A stretch of DNA of 64,000 nucleotides, taken from the IMG/VR virus record IMGVR_UViG_3300047323_000676; one strand, 5' to 3'. Within the stretch, counting starts at the first letter, position 1; each line of letters starts with the position of its first letter. Made by a program: the position numbers and the translations under genes. The notes beneath the pieces are model-generated. The model did not search any database. It was not told the DNA's origin and saw only the letters and a list, made by a program, of their open reading frames with translations. This stretch comes from an uncultured virus (IMG/VR IMGVR_UViG_3300047323_000676) (lineage: Duplodnaviria; Heunggongvirae; Uroviricota; Caudoviricetes). Below are positions 48,993-59,936 of the stretch, one piece after another.

Positions 48993-51287
48993 ATGCAAAT
49001 TACTAAAAGAGATGGTACAAAACAAGAATTAGATTTAAATAAGATACATGCAGTATTAACTTGGGCATGTGAAGGACAAAATGATGATGCATTAAACCCA
49101 ATTAAAGGGGTTTCAATTTCCCAAATTGAAATGAATGCACAGTTACATTTTTATGATGGAATGCCAACAAAGCAAATTCATGAAACATTAATTAAGGCTG
49201 CTTCAGAATTAATATCAGAAGATTTCCCTAACTATGATCAGGTTGCTGCAAGATTGGTTTGGTTTGCAGTTCGTAAAGAAGCTTTCTCTAATAACCTCCC
49301 TCCACATCTTTCAAAAGTTATTCACACTAATATTGCTAATGGTGTTTATTCTAAAGATATTTTAGATCTATATACAGAAGAGGAATTAGATGAGTTAAAC
49401 GGCATGATTGATCATCGTCGTGATGATTTGTTTAAGTATGCTGGTGCTGAACAAATGAGAAAAAAATATTTAGTTCAGAATCGTAAAACAAAAAAGGTTT
49501 TCGAATCATTCCAATATCCTTACATAATGGTTGCAGCCTTGTTATTTGGTAAGTATCCAAAGAATACTCGTATGAAATATGTAAAGAAATATTACGATTT
49601 GATTTCTCAACATTATATTTCTTTACCAACTCCTATTATGGCTGGTTTAAGAACTAAAGTTAAACAGTTTAGTTCTTGCACATTAATTGAGGCTGGTGAT
49701 TCATTAAAATCCATTAATGCTGCTGCTGCTGCTATTGTTGATTATGCATCCCGCAAAGCAGGGATTGGATTAAATATCGGTAGTATTCGTGCTGAAGGTC
49801 AAAAAGTTCGTGGTGGTGATGCTGTTACCACAGGTATGATTCCTTTTGCTAAATATTTTAATGGTGCATTAAAGTCTTGTTCACAAGGTGCAGTTCGTGG
49901 AGCTTCAGCTACATTCAATTATCCTGTATGGCATTTGGAATTTGAGCGCTTGATCGAATTAAAGAATAATAAAGGTACAGAAGAAACTCGTCTAAGAACA
50001 GTTGACTATTGTGTTCACTTAAATAAATTATTCTATGAGCGTTTAGTTAAAAAAGGTGATATTACTTTCTTCAGTCCTGAAGAAGTACCTGATTTATACA
50101 AAGCTTTCTACTCAAGTGATTATAAAGAATTTGAAAGACTTTATAAACATTATGAAAAGAGTCCTAATGTATTTGTCACTAAGAAAACTATGCCTGCGGT
50201 AGAAGTTTTCACAAAGATTATGCAAGAGCGTTTTGAAACTGGTCGTATTTATATTATGAATGCTGACCATGTAAATACTCATGGTTCATTCTATGAAGCT
50301 ATTAAAATGACTAATCTTTGCACTGAAATTACATTACCTACTGAACCAGTAACCTATCCAGGTGATACTCAATATGCTGAAGAAGAAGGATTAATTGCAC
50401 TTTGCACTTTATCAGCAGTTAATTGGGGTAAATTTACACCATTTGGTGAGCTTGATCCTGAAAGCTCTACTCCACAGCGTCAAGAATCTAAATTAAAAGA
50501 TACCTGTGAAATGGCTGTTCGTGGTTTAGATGCTCTATTAGATTACCAGGATTATCCAGTTGAAGCTGCTCGTCGTCATAGTATGAGATACCGTCCATTA
50601 GGTATTGGTATTATTGGTTTTGCTCACTGGTTAGCTAAAGGTAGATTGTATTGGGGTGAAGAAAATACCTTAGCTGAAGTTGAAAAAATGATGGAAAAAA
50701 TGGCTTATTACTTAACTGAAGCTTCTATTGATTTAGCTGAAGAATTTGGAAGTATTCCTGTTAAAACTAAATATCATGATGGTGTTTTCCCAATTGATAC
50801 TTCAGTCCTTAAAGCTAAAACTCAAATGGATTGGGGCTTCTTAAAAGGTAGAGCTAAAAAGCATGGTATTCGTAATGCAACCTTAATGGCATTAATGCCT
50901 TCAGAGACTTCTTCACAGTTGTCAAATGAAACTAATGGTATTGAGCCACCAAGAGATATGGTTTCAATTAAAGGTTCTAAAGAAGGTGTTTTACCACAAA
51001 TCGTTCCTGAATATGCAAAATTAAATGCATTCTATCAAACATTGTGGCAAGTTCCTGCTCAAGATTATTTGAAAACTATTGCCGTTTTACAGAAGTATAT
51101 TGATCAAGCAATCAGCGTTAATACTTCTTATGATCCAAGTAAGGGTGAAATCAAAATGAGTCGTTTAATTGAAGACTTATTATTTGCTTATAAATTAGGT
51201 CATAAAACTCTTTATTACTCTAATACTCGTGATGGTAGTGGAGATGAAGAAGAAGATGATTGTGAATCTGGCGCATGTAAGATTTAA
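48993..51287 (+). CDS. nrdA: Class Ia ribonucleoside-diphosphate reductase alpha subunit
   Basis: ATP cone ITKRDG, QFSSC, TNLCTEI, KTLYY, C-terminal CESGACKI. Confidence 0.95.
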   Translation: MQITKRDGTKQELDLNKIHAVLTWACEGQNDDALNPIKGVSISQIEMNAQLHFYDGMPTKQIHETLIKAASELISEDFPNYDQVAARLVWFAVRKEAFSNNLPPHLSKVIHTNIANGVYSKDILDLYTEEELDELNGMIDHRRDDLFKYAGAEQMRKKYLVQNRKTKKVFESFQYPYIMVAALLFGKYPKNTRMKYVKKYYDLISQHYISLPTPIMAGLRTKVKQFSSCTLIEAGDSLKSINAAAAAIVDYASRKAGIGLNIGSIRAEGQKVRGGDAVTTGMIPFAKYFNGALKSCSQGAVRGASATFNYPVWHLEFERLIELKNNKGTEETRLRTVDYCVHLNKLFYERLVKKGDITFFSPEEVPDLYKAFYSSDYKEFERLYKHYEKSPNVFVTKKTMPAVEVFTKIMQERFETGRIYIMNADHVNTHGSFYEAIKMTNLCTEITLPTEPVTYPGDTQYAEEEGLIALCTLSAVNWGKFTPFGELDPESSTPQRQESKLKDTCEMAVRGLDALLDYQDYPVEAARRHSMRYRPLGIGIIGFAHWLAKGRLYWGEENTLAEVEKMMEKMAYYLTEASIDLAEEFGSIPVKTKYHDGVFPIDTSVLKAKTQMDWGFLKGRAKKHGIRNATLMALMPSETSSQLSNETNGIEPPRDMVSIKGSKEGVLPQIVPEYAKLNAFYQTLWQVPAQDYLKTIAVLQKYIDQAISVNTSYDPSKGEIKMSRLIEDLLFAYKLGHKTLYYSNTRDGSGDEEEDDCESGACKI

Positions 51288-51303
51288 ATACAATAAATTA
51301 AAT

Positions 51304-51325
51304 AAGCCCCATCATGGGGCTTTTT
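51304..51325 (+). terminator. Intrinsic terminator after nrdA
   Basis: aagcccca-tca-tggggcttttt. Confidence 0.8.
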
Positions 51326-51377
51326 CTTTTTTTATCTTCTGATATAATTAATTTATTAATATTTAGGAAATATAATT

Positions 51378-52334
51378 ATGGAAAAAGATGTTATTATTTC
51401 ACTCGCCAAATCATTTTTATCTGACCCTTATAGTGAAGATTTTTTAAAAAAACTTTCAGCAAAAAATCCTAAGAAGTTTTTTAATAATCTTTCTAAATTA
51501 GATGAAAGACAAATAGTAAAAATTTTAAATGAACATCCTGAATATGCTAATATGGAACATGATGGTTGGCATGCCTTACATTATGCTGCAACATTAAACG
51601 ATCATTTTATTGTTGAGAAATTTATAACCCTTGCAATTCGTCATGGATTGACTAGTTATCCAAGAACAGAAAAATTTAAAAAAGATATACCTTCAGGAAT
51701 GGGAGTATTAGAATTTTGTGCTGCAATGAACTGTGATAAATCCTTAGCTAAGTTTATTTCACATCTTGATAATCCTGAAAAACAAGATTACGGATATAGT
51801 ATGCAGTATGCCATGCTGTATAACAGTACCAAAACAATTAAATTTTTACAAAAAATTGTTGGTCAAGAAAAGTCACAAGAAGAAATGCTAGCTTTTTTTA
51901 ACAACAGAGCTAGAATAAATTATGGATATAATTCAAATTTTAATCAGATATTCGAAAAACACTTTAAATATAACCCAGAAAGACTTGAAGATTATGGTGT
52001 AGATATTAAATATGAAAAAGAAGGAATGTCTAATTATTTTTCATTAGTTCTTAAAGCTATGAGCTATCATAGTGAACAATTAAATGAAGCAGGAATGGAG
52101 AGGATTCAAAAATGTATTTCTTATTTTATTGATAAAGGTTTTTCTTTTGACAAACCTGATGGAAAAAATGAAAAGCCCCGTGATCATTTAAACGAATTTA
52201 TAAAAAACATAGAATATCATAGTAGTTATATCGCAGAAAAAATTGAAAATTTTATTAAAGAAATAGAGTATAAATCTTTAAATAACGAATTATCTCACAA
52301 TGTAATGACCCAACCTAAAAAAATTAAAATTTAA
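51378..52334 (+). CDS. Ankyrin-like protein with conserved tail
   Basis: DGWHALHYAA; ends LNNELSHN...KKIKI. Confidence 0.7.
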   Translation: MEKDVIISLAKSFLSDPYSEDFLKKLSAKNPKKFFNNLSKLDERQIVKILNEHPEYANMEHDGWHALHYAATLNDHFIVEKFITLAIRHGLTSYPRTEKFKKDIPSGMGVLEFCAAMNCDKSLAKFISHLDNPEKQDYGYSMQYAMLYNSTKTIKFLQKIVGQEKSQEEMLAFFNNRARINYGYNSNFNQIFEKHFKYNPERLEDYGVDIKYEKEGMSNYFSLVLKAMSYHSEQLNEAGMERIQKCISYFIDKGFSFDKPDGKNEKPRDHLNEFIKNIEYHSSYIAEKIENFIKEIEYKSLNNELSHNVMTQPKKIKI

Positions 52335-54103
52335 AGTTTTGTTGGCTTATTTATTTTTTTATGACTTGTACTTAAAGTTGAGTTTAATTCAACAGTATTT
52401 GCTATAGTCAGAAATATTTTTGCGGAATCATCATGCTCAGCAAATGGTTCCACATCTTTTTTTATATTTTCCCATTTCTCATCAAAAAAACTTGATTCAA
52501 TTTTTACATTATCATTTAAACAATCCTCCATAAAATATTTTGTAAATTTAAATGTATTGGATGGCTGTTTATAAAGAGTATTTAAGATATCTTGCTTATG
52601 TCTAGTAGAATTGGCAAAATCCCATATTTTAGACCATTCATTTTTTATTTCTAATAAAATTTGTGCTTTTTCAAAATGTGACAAGTTTTTATAAATATTT
52701 AATAAAACCCCATTTTCATTAGATAAATCACTAATTGAGATTCCATTAGTTAATTGCATGGTTACAATTATAGTATCTGTTATAAGATAGTTACCTGAAA
52801 TAGTTTTTTTAGACCAATTTATATTTTTATCACTTATCCAATTTATTAAATTAGAAAATGATTTATGTGAAATATTTGAAGATGAATTATATTCATCAAT
52901 ATCTATAAAGTGAAAAAAATCAGGCTTAATATCTTGCCAATAGCTTTTAGGTGCATTTAAATATTCTTTTTTTAAGGGCAAATAACATTTAATATCATAT
53001 AAGGCATTTGTATATTTTCTACCTTTAGTTTTGATAACTTCTTCTATTATTTTAGTATAATCAATTTCATTATCTAAATTATTTAAATATTGCTTTAAAA
53101 ATGCTTTTTTATTACTAATCAAATATGCTTTACTTGGAATGCAAGCAATAATTTGAGATAAATCAACATTAATATTCTTTTTCTTTTCAAATTTATTAAC
53201 TAATTTTATTTTGCCAAATTCTAATAATCTTTCTTTTAAAGTTTGTTCTTGCCCTTTAATATTATAGTCAATGCATTCTAAATTAATATTTTTTATATCT
53301 AAATCACGCAATAATTTTGAATAATTACTTTCATCATACATATGACAAGAAGAAAATACTAATCTACTTTTAAAGTCTATATTAGATGTTTTTTCAGTTG
53401 ATATAGTTTGTATTATAGATTTACCTGATAAAAGTATTTCTTTTCTTGCTTCAAAAGATGTTTTTTGCCGTTCAGTCAAATAAACATTTTCCATGTGTAA
53501 AACAAAAACAGGCCATAATGTTTCTATATCATTTTTTTTATTGATAACGCTCCAAGGTTCAATACTGAATATTTTAGCTAGTTGCCTCATTTGAGGAAAT
53601 GAACGAGTTCCTAGCATAAATTCATCTAATAATTCTTTATTATTGTTAATATCTAATCTTTCTCCAATTCGTAATAATATTTGATCTGAGGAAATGCTAG
53701 AGTTGAACATTTTTAAGGCCATATTTTTTAATTCATTTGGACTTTGTATAAATTCAGGCATGAAATGGTTTTCAAATGCAGGCTTTATTAAATTTTTAAA
53801 AGACATCATACTTAATTTAATAAATTTAATTTTTTTATTATTATCTTTTCGGCTACTAATTTCTATATTTTCTAAATTTTTCCATTTTAATCCTTTATAA
53901 AAAAGATGGCTAAATCCTTCTGCTAAAGAATCAACAATTTCTGTATCTAATTTATGATCCATAGCAAGGAATATTAAATCTTCTACTAATTGTGTAAAAT
54001 TATTTGGATCTTTATTTAAAGACTCATTAATTAAGTTTTTAACTAAATCAGCATCTATAATCTGACTAGAATCATTAAGTGGTTTTAATTTTTGATATAT
54101 CAT
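52331..54103 (-). CDS. Large hypothetical protein with conserved tail
   Basis: 590 aa; ends ELNSTL...KPTKL. Confidence 0.7.
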   Translation of the reverse strand: MIYQKLKPLNDSSQIIDADLVKNLINESLNKDPNNFTQLVEDLIFLAMDHKLDTEIVDSLAEGFSHLFYKGLKWKNLENIEISSRKDNNKKIKFIKLSMMSFKNLIKPAFENHFMPEFIQSPNELKNMALKMFNSSISSDQILLRIGERLDINNNKELLDEFMLGTRSFPQMRQLAKIFSIEPWSVINKKNDIETLWPVFVLHMENVYLTERQKTSFEARKEILLSGKSIIQTISTEKTSNIDFKSRLVFSSCHMYDESNYSKLLRDLDIKNINLECIDYNIKGQEQTLKERLLEFGKIKLVNKFEKKKNINVDLSQIIACIPSKAYLISNKKAFLKQYLNNLDNEIDYTKIIEEVIKTKGRKYTNALYDIKCYLPLKKEYLNAPKSYWQDIKPDFFHFIDIDEYNSSSNISHKSFSNLINWISDKNINWSKKTISGNYLITDTIIVTMQLTNGISISDLSNENGVLLNIYKNLSHFEKAQILLEIKNEWSKIWDFANSTRHKQDILNTLYKQPSNTFKFTKYFMEDCLNDNVKIESSFFDEKWENIKKDVEPFAEHDDSAKIFLTIANTVELNSTLSTSHKKINKPTKL

Positions 54104-54167
54104 AATTTTTCCTATATAATTTATGATATCAAACCTAAATTAAAAGTCTAACTGGAGGCAGTAATAG

Positions 54168-56075
54168 ATGCAATCGGAATTAATGAATAAAATAAATAAT
54201 TATAAAAATCCTTATATTGCCTTAGCTAATTCACTCAAAAATCAATATCATGAACAAGGCCAAGGTTTAATTGAATTAATAAGGTTTATTACTAAAAATG
54301 CTAAAGATGATATAAACGAAGTATTTTTTGATATCAGTAAAACTCATTATAAGGAAAATAATGAATATAAATCTTGTTATAAAATTAAAAGAATAAATAT
54401 TTTAGACATATTAGTGAATATTAAATATGATGAAGATTTTGGATGGGAAACAGGAAAACCTAAAGAATTATTTGTATTATTAGAAAAAGCCGGATTTAAT
54501 TTTACGAAAGATTCACCTACTTGGTTTATTAAAGAAAAAGATTATATTAAAATTAATAATATTGAAAATAAAGCAGAAATTTTAAATAACATAAAAGAAC
54601 TATCTTTTGCCAAGGAAGTAGATAATACTATATTCGGTTTAGAGAATAATCCCGAACATAAAAGCATAGCTTTATTAAGTCATGTATTTAGTCAAATGTT
54701 TCCTGAAGATTTTATTGAAAAAATTGCTAAATATAAAACCTTACATAATGCAGTCAAGTTTAGTCAGCATGAACTAATTGAATTTTTAGTAGAAGGTTGC
54801 AATGTAGATATTAATTTAAAAGATAATGAATCTTGCACACCTCTTTTTTATTGTGAAACTTTAGAAACATTAGAATTTATAAGCAAGTATAAGCTTGATT
54901 GGTTTAGTAAAAATACTCTTGGTAAAGAGTGTTTATCTTTTTTTGCAGGAGTAGAAGATAAGTTAGAAAGTAATAAAATGATTAGTTTTTCTCAAAAAAC
55001 TATTAATGCTGAAATGAAAGATAATCCTAATATTGATTTACCATCCAATTATTTACAAGAAAAAATTCGTAATAGTCTTCTAGAAATGGTTCAGGTCAAT
55101 AGAAATAAAAAGGATCTAGAAGAATTTATGAAAAGAAATAATGTAACTTCAGTATCTGATATTTTTGATGAGGATGGTAATTCTTTAGCTCAAATGTGTT
55201 TAATGCGTAATAATTGGGCAAGATATAGTATTTTTAAAGATCACTATCCTATGGATCACTTAAATAATAATGGAATAGGAAGCTTAGAAATAATATTTTC
55301 ATTGCGTAGGGTTTTAAATGAAGAAAAAGCTAAACAAGTATTTGATGAACTTTTATTAAATGGTTTACAATATAAGCATGGAAATTTTTCTTTAAATATT
55401 TTAAAAGAATATATGAGTAATTCTTCAACTTTTGATTTACCTAATTGGTATATGAATATTGAAAAGAATAAAAATGATGACTTTCAATCATTTGCTCAAT
55501 TATTAGTTGGTGAAGAATATGCTTACAAATTTGTAGATGATTATAAAAAAGCAAAGGAAACTTATTCTGAAGAAGAAAGAATAAAAGCAGTGGTTTATTT
55601 GCTTTTAACTCATACTGCAATGTATGTAGAAAATGTTAAATGTGATTTGCCAATAGATGAAATTTTTTATCAACATAAAGGTTATTATAAAAAAGATATT
55701 CAATTCAAAATTGAAAAACAAAAATTACAATATTTATTAAAAACACTCGATGTAATTGATCAAAACCAGCATTTACATAAAATTGATTACTCATTAGTTT
55801 GGAATAAATTTGAGAAAAATGCAGTCGAACATTTAGTTAAATCTTATCATGAGAATCAAGATAACATAACAGCTTTTATTAATGAGAATCAAACTTTAAT
55901 GAATGCATTAGTAGATAGAGATAGTAAATTATTTAAATCAATATTAAATGACGAATTTATAGAAAATATTAGGATAAATAAAGAACTTGGGATAAAATTA
56001 GAATATGCATTATTATCTCGTGAAACTAATGAAATAAATAATACGGCAAAAAATAAAAAAGCTAATAAAATTTAA
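54168..56075 (+). CDS. Large ankyrin-like protein with conserved tail
   Basis: TLHNAV...INLKDNESCTPLFY; ends LLSRETNE...KKANKI. Confidence 0.7.
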   Translation: MQSELMNKINNYKNPYIALANSLKNQYHEQGQGLIELIRFITKNAKDDINEVFFDISKTHYKENNEYKSCYKIKRINILDILVNIKYDEDFGWETGKPKELFVLLEKAGFNFTKDSPTWFIKEKDYIKINNIENKAEILNNIKELSFAKEVDNTIFGLENNPEHKSIALLSHVFSQMFPEDFIEKIAKYKTLHNAVKFSQHELIEFLVEGCNVDINLKDNESCTPLFYCETLETLEFISKYKLDWFSKNTLGKECLSFFAGVEDKLESNKMISFSQKTINAEMKDNPNIDLPSNYLQEKIRNSLLEMVQVNRNKKDLEEFMKRNNVTSVSDIFDEDGNSLAQMCLMRNNWARYSIFKDHYPMDHLNNNGIGSLEIIFSLRRVLNEEKAKQVFDELLLNGLQYKHGNFSLNILKEYMSNSSTFDLPNWYMNIEKNKNDDFQSFAQLLVGEEYAYKFVDDYKKAKETYSEEERIKAVVYLLLTHTAMYVENVKCDLPIDEIFYQHKGYYKKDIQFKIEKQKLQYLLKTLDVIDQNQHLHKIDYSLVWNKFEKNAVEHLVKSYHENQDNITAFINENQTLMNALVDRDSKLFKSILNDEFIENIRINKELGIKLEYALLSRETNEINNTAKNKKANKI

Positions 56076-56085
56076 GGAAAATTAT

Positions 56086-57252
56086 ATGACAGAAAAACAA
56101 AAAAAAGTAGAACTTACAAATGAACAAATTGCTTTAGCAGCAGAAAAACAAAGACAGTTAGAAAAAGTAGCTGAAGATAATTGTATCTTGCGAGTGGTAG
56201 CAGGATCTAACGCTTATGGAACAAATAATCCTTCAAGTGATTGGGATGAAAGAGGTATATTTGTAGATGAAATGCCTCGTATAATTCTACCATTTGAAAA
56301 AATTGAACAAGTAACTTTAACCCGTGATGATATTGTCCTTTATGAATTATCTAAGTATATGCCTTTGCTATTGGCACAAAATCCTAATGTAATTGAGCTT
56401 ATTTGGACTGAAGAAAATGACATTCTCCATAAAGATGAATTAGGTCAATTATTATTGGATAATAGAAAAGAATTTTTATCTAAACAAGTGAAGGATAGCT
56501 ATGTTGGATATGCTCAATCACAATTAAAGCGTATTAAAGGACATAATAAATGGATTAATAGTCCACAACCTGAAAAAGAACCTGAGAGAAAAGACTTCAC
56601 TTCTGTAGTTTGGAACAACACTGATATAAAAGAATTTAACAAAAAAGTTCCATTTGAAGGTTTCTTGGCTTTTGATTTAGGTGATTATCATTATGCATTA
56701 ATTTCTACCGAAAAATTACAAACTACTAGAAAACCTTGGATTGATAATAAGGGAAATATTAATCCTGTTATTAAAGCTGATGTATCTAAAGTTAACCCTA
56801 ATAATTTAAAACCAGATTTAATTGTTAAGTTAAATGCTAAATTATACGAAGAGCATCATACAAATTGGAAAGCATATTGGAATTGGAAAGAACATAGAAA
56901 TGAAAAACGCTCTGAATTAGAGGAGAAGTTTGGATATGATGTTAAGCATGCTATGCATTTAATTCGTTTATTAAGAAGTGGTTTAGATATATTAGAACAT
57001 GGAATTGTTCCAGTAAGAAGACCTGATAGAGAATACTTATTAGATATTCGTAATGGGAAATATACATATGAAGAAATTATTGCAGAAAGTGAAAAGCTTA
57101 CAAAACGAGTAGAAGAGATAAGTAAAAAATCTGCTTTACCTGATGAGCCAAATCATGCTTTAGCAAAACAAATTATGCTTGATATATATACAAAGCAATG
57201 GAATCTTTCTCCAAAAGAGGTTAATAAGGTAAAATCTGGTATTAAACCATAA
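56086..57252 (+). CDS. DNA polymerase beta-superfamily nucleotidyltransferase (phage-type)
   Basis: GSNAYG...SDWDERGIF, NPNVIE, GYDVKHAMHLIRL, LLDIRNGK. Confidence 0.85.
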   Translation: MTEKQKKVELTNEQIALAAEKQRQLEKVAEDNCILRVVAGSNAYGTNNPSSDWDERGIFVDEMPRIILPFEKIEQVTLTRDDIVLYELSKYMPLLLAQNPNVIELIWTEENDILHKDELGQLLLDNRKEFLSKQVKDSYVGYAQSQLKRIKGHNKWINSPQPEKEPERKDFTSVVWNNTDIKEFNKKVPFEGFLAFDLGDYHYALISTEKLQTTRKPWIDNKGNINPVIKADVSKVNPNNLKPDLIVKLNAKLYEEHHTNWKAYWNWKEHRNEKRSELEEKFGYDVKHAMHLIRLLRSGLDILEHGIVPVRRPDREYLLDIRNGKYTYEEIIAESEKLTKRVEEISKKSALPDEPNHALAKQIMLDIYTKQWNLSPKEVNKVKSGIKP

Positions 57253-57256
57253 AAAT

Positions 57257-57277
57257 AAGCCCTGGGAACAGGGCTTG
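57257..57277. terminator. Terminator between convergent genes
   Basis: aagccctg-ggaa-cagggctt. Confidence 0.7.
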
Positions 57278-57280
57278 TTT

Positions 57281-58831
57281 TTAATCATCAGAGTTGGATT
57301 TAATTAATTTTTCACCATTTTTTAATCTGGTAAAAAATTCTATTAAGCTGTCTTTGAATTGGAATACTTGTTTATCTACTCTATCAATTTCTTTTAACCA
57401 ATCTAAATAGTGCTCTAATTCATATTTTTCTTTTATTTTTTTATACTGAGCTTCTGTTAAGAAGGATCTCTCATTTAATGATAAATTTAATGTATCAATT
57501 CCAACTTTATTATTTCCATTATTAGATGCCCATTTGCCAAAACCAGATATAAAACTTGTTATATAAAGCTGGTCAGATAAAGAAACTTCCTTATTATTAA
57601 TTTTAATTAAATTATAAAGAAGGTTAGATACAAATACTTCAACATCTTTTAAATTTTTTTCATGATAGTCTTGGAATACATTTAATACTGAAAGAAATGA
57701 CTCGAAATCTATATCTTCATGAGTAATTGGTTTAGAGAAATCAGTAATTACACGCTTAAATGCATATAATGTTTTATTGATTTTACTAGGCCAATTAAAA
57801 TTATTTATTTCTTTGATTGCATCATCAAGATAATTTTTAATTTCTGCTCCAATTTCTATTTGTTTTAAAATTAATGTTTCAGATTGTCTCATATATCCTA
57901 CTGGACAAGAAACCATACGAGTTGTTCCGATAAACCCATCTACAGGTTTATGGAAGTGTCCATGAATCCAAATATCGGGTGAAAAATTATGCTCAAAAAA
58001 TTGATAAGCACTGTTTACATAAAAGCCCATCATTAAAATATCTTTTTCTGGTGGGATTTTTTGCTTAGAATATTCTTGGTAAACTGCCTTATTGTTAATG
58101 TAAGGTGCAGTAAGAATATGCTCGTGCATATTTTGCTTTTTCATCCAAAAATCAGGAATAGGTAAGTGATGAGTTACCACTACAGTTTTTCCATCAAATG
58201 GCTCAATAATCTTATTTTCAATAAAATCAACTGTAGCAGCATTTTCTTCCATTTGAATTAATGGATTAAAACTCTGATTCGCAATTAAGTTAGTTGCTTG
58301 TTCTGGATCAACACCGTTTTTTACTAGCAATTTAAACATTTCATCTACTTTTGCAGAATTTTGATAAAATTTTCTAGCTGTAATTTTTCTAAAATCAGCC
58401 ATTGAAAAGAAATGTTTAAGGATATAGTTACGCTTTGACCATGCCCAGCTTTCACCTAACTCTGTCCACATGGTAGCACCAAGAAATCGTACACCATGTA
58501 TTATAACTTCATCATTATGAAGAAAATGAACATGCTTATATTCTGGTTGCTGAACTTTTTCTCTTAAAGTATCTATAACTTCATAATAATCATGATTCCA
58601 AAACTCATGATTACCGCAAACATAAATTGTCTCTACATTAAATTGAGAAGCCCATTCAATGCCAGCATCATTTTCAGAAATATCCCCAGCACAAATTAGT
58701 ATAGGATTATTTCCTTCTTTTTTGCATGTATTAAGTTGTAAACTTAATTGTTCTGCAAATTGTTTTTGCATTTCTAATGGTCTGCCCTCTAGATGTAAGT
58801 CATCTACTAAAAATAAAATAACCTTACCCAT
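57281..58831 (-). CDS. Calcineurin-like metallophosphoesterase with C-terminal extension
   Basis: DLH, AGDI, GNHE, VTHH, HGHFH motifs. Confidence 0.85.
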   Translation of the reverse strand: MGKVILFLVDDLHLEGRPLEMQKQFAEQLSLQLNTCKKEGNNPILICAGDISENDAGIEWASQFNVETIYVCGNHEFWNHDYYEVIDTLREKVQQPEYKHVHFLHNDEVIIHGVRFLGATMWTELGESWAWSKRNYILKHFFSMADFRKITARKFYQNSAKVDEMFKLLVKNGVDPEQATNLIANQSFNPLIQMEENAATVDFIENKIIEPFDGKTVVVTHHLPIPDFWMKKQNMHEHILTAPYINNKAVYQEYSKQKIPPEKDILMMGFYVNSAYQFFEHNFSPDIWIHGHFHKPVDGFIGTTRMVSCPVGYMRQSETLILKQIEIGAEIKNYLDDAIKEINNFNWPSKINKTLYAFKRVITDFSKPITHEDIDFESFLSVLNVFQDYHEKNLKDVEVFVSNLLYNLIKINNKEVSLSDQLYITSFISGFGKWASNNGNNKVGIDTLNLSLNERSFLTEAQYKKIKEKYELEHYLDWLKEIDRVDKQVFQFKDSLIEFFTRLKNGEKLIKSNSDD

Positions 58832-58908
58832 ATGGTCCCTGAATGTAATTGTTGTGTAATATAAATTACATAACTTTTAAGCAAAGTCAAAAGAAATATA
58901 ATGATTTT

Positions 58909-59118
58909 TTATACAGAATTATCTTTTTTATGTAAAGATTGTTTAATAGCTGTTAATATTTCCAGTAAACCATCAATAACAGCAGGGTCTGTCTTAGAAT
59001 TAAATGTAGTATCTCCATACATTACAATATCGTTTAATCCATTTTCAAAAGTTATTCCGTTTCCATTTCCAACAGTCACAGATTGTGATTCATTTTCAAA
59101 AGGTTTAAAGTTATTCAT
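58909..59118 (-). CDS. Small hypothetical protein
   Basis: ATG at 59118 with AGGAG SD (MNNFKPFENESQS...). Confidence 0.6.
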   Translation of the reverse strand: MNNFKPFENESQSVTVGNGNGITFENGLNDIVMYGDTTFNSKTDPAVIDGLLEILTAIKQSLHKKDNSV

Positions 59119-59932
59119 TATGTACGCTCCTATCAACTTGTTTTGAAAAATAATTTTCATTCATAAATTTTAAATATGAAGCAAATCCCTTTTGAGCAAT
59201 AATTTCAACTGTCTCAAAATTTTTTAATTTACTATTATTACCCATGTATTCTAATAGAGTTGGCATAGAAAAGCCAGAACCATAAAAATTATTTATAGGA
59301 TGTTTATTGAAATTATCAATTCTCTTTTTACTTAATATTAAAATTGGTTGAAAATTTTTTTTGTTTTCTATTAGCCAGGATATTCCATAAATATCAGCAT
59401 ATATCTCATGATAAACTGCAATTGGTGGGGCAATCTTAAATGCGCATTTTTTACACTCTAAAGTATTGATGGATAAATCAGTTTGTATTTGTATCTGTTG
59501 ATTCAATAGTTTTAATTGCTCATCTTTAATAACCCAATTAAAATCATTTTTATAAAATATTTTTTTACCTAAAATACAATGGCCTACTTCATGTGCTAGA
59601 ATGAATTGAAAATCATCATTGAAATTATTCATTAGTAGAGGTGTTTTATCATGATAATTTATATTTATTTTACATTGTTCATTTTGAGCATCTGTATAAG
59701 AGCTAGTGTCATATTGTTCTCCTATATTAATATTTAACAATATGAAAGGAATATGACTACCATCTTTTGATATTATATTTTTTAATTCACTCTCAGCTAT
59801 GTCTTTAATTAGAGTATGATCATTTATGATATTATAATTAATAATAAATTTATCTTCGGCTAACCCAACAGAATGAAAAAAGGGGCAAACAGAGAAAGTA
59901 GCCCCTAAAATTATTTTTTTGATTAAATGCAT
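59111..59932 (-). CDS. Exported HExxH metalloprotease-like protein
   Basis: Likely ATG 59932, signal-like N-terminus, LAHEVGH...HEIYADIYG. Confidence 0.65.
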   Translation of the reverse strand: MHLIKKIILGATFSVCPFFHSVGLAEDKFIINYNIINDHTLIKDIAESELKNIISKDGSHIPFILLNINIGEQYDTSSYTDAQNEQCKININYHDKTPLLMNNFNDDFQFILAHEVGHCILGKKIFYKNDFNWVIKDEQLKLLNQQIQIQTDLSINTLECKKCAFKIAPPIAVYHEIYADIYGISWLIENKKNFQPILILSKKRIDNFNKHPINNFYGSGFSMPTLLEYMGNNSKLKNFETVEIIAQKGFASYLKFMNENYFSKQVDRSVHNE

Positions 59933-59936
59933 AAAT

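Noticed and set aside
51260..51287. NrdA ending in KI as a member of the tail family
   Set aside because: CESGACKI is the normal NrdA redox-active C-terminus, and there is no LxxEL helix.
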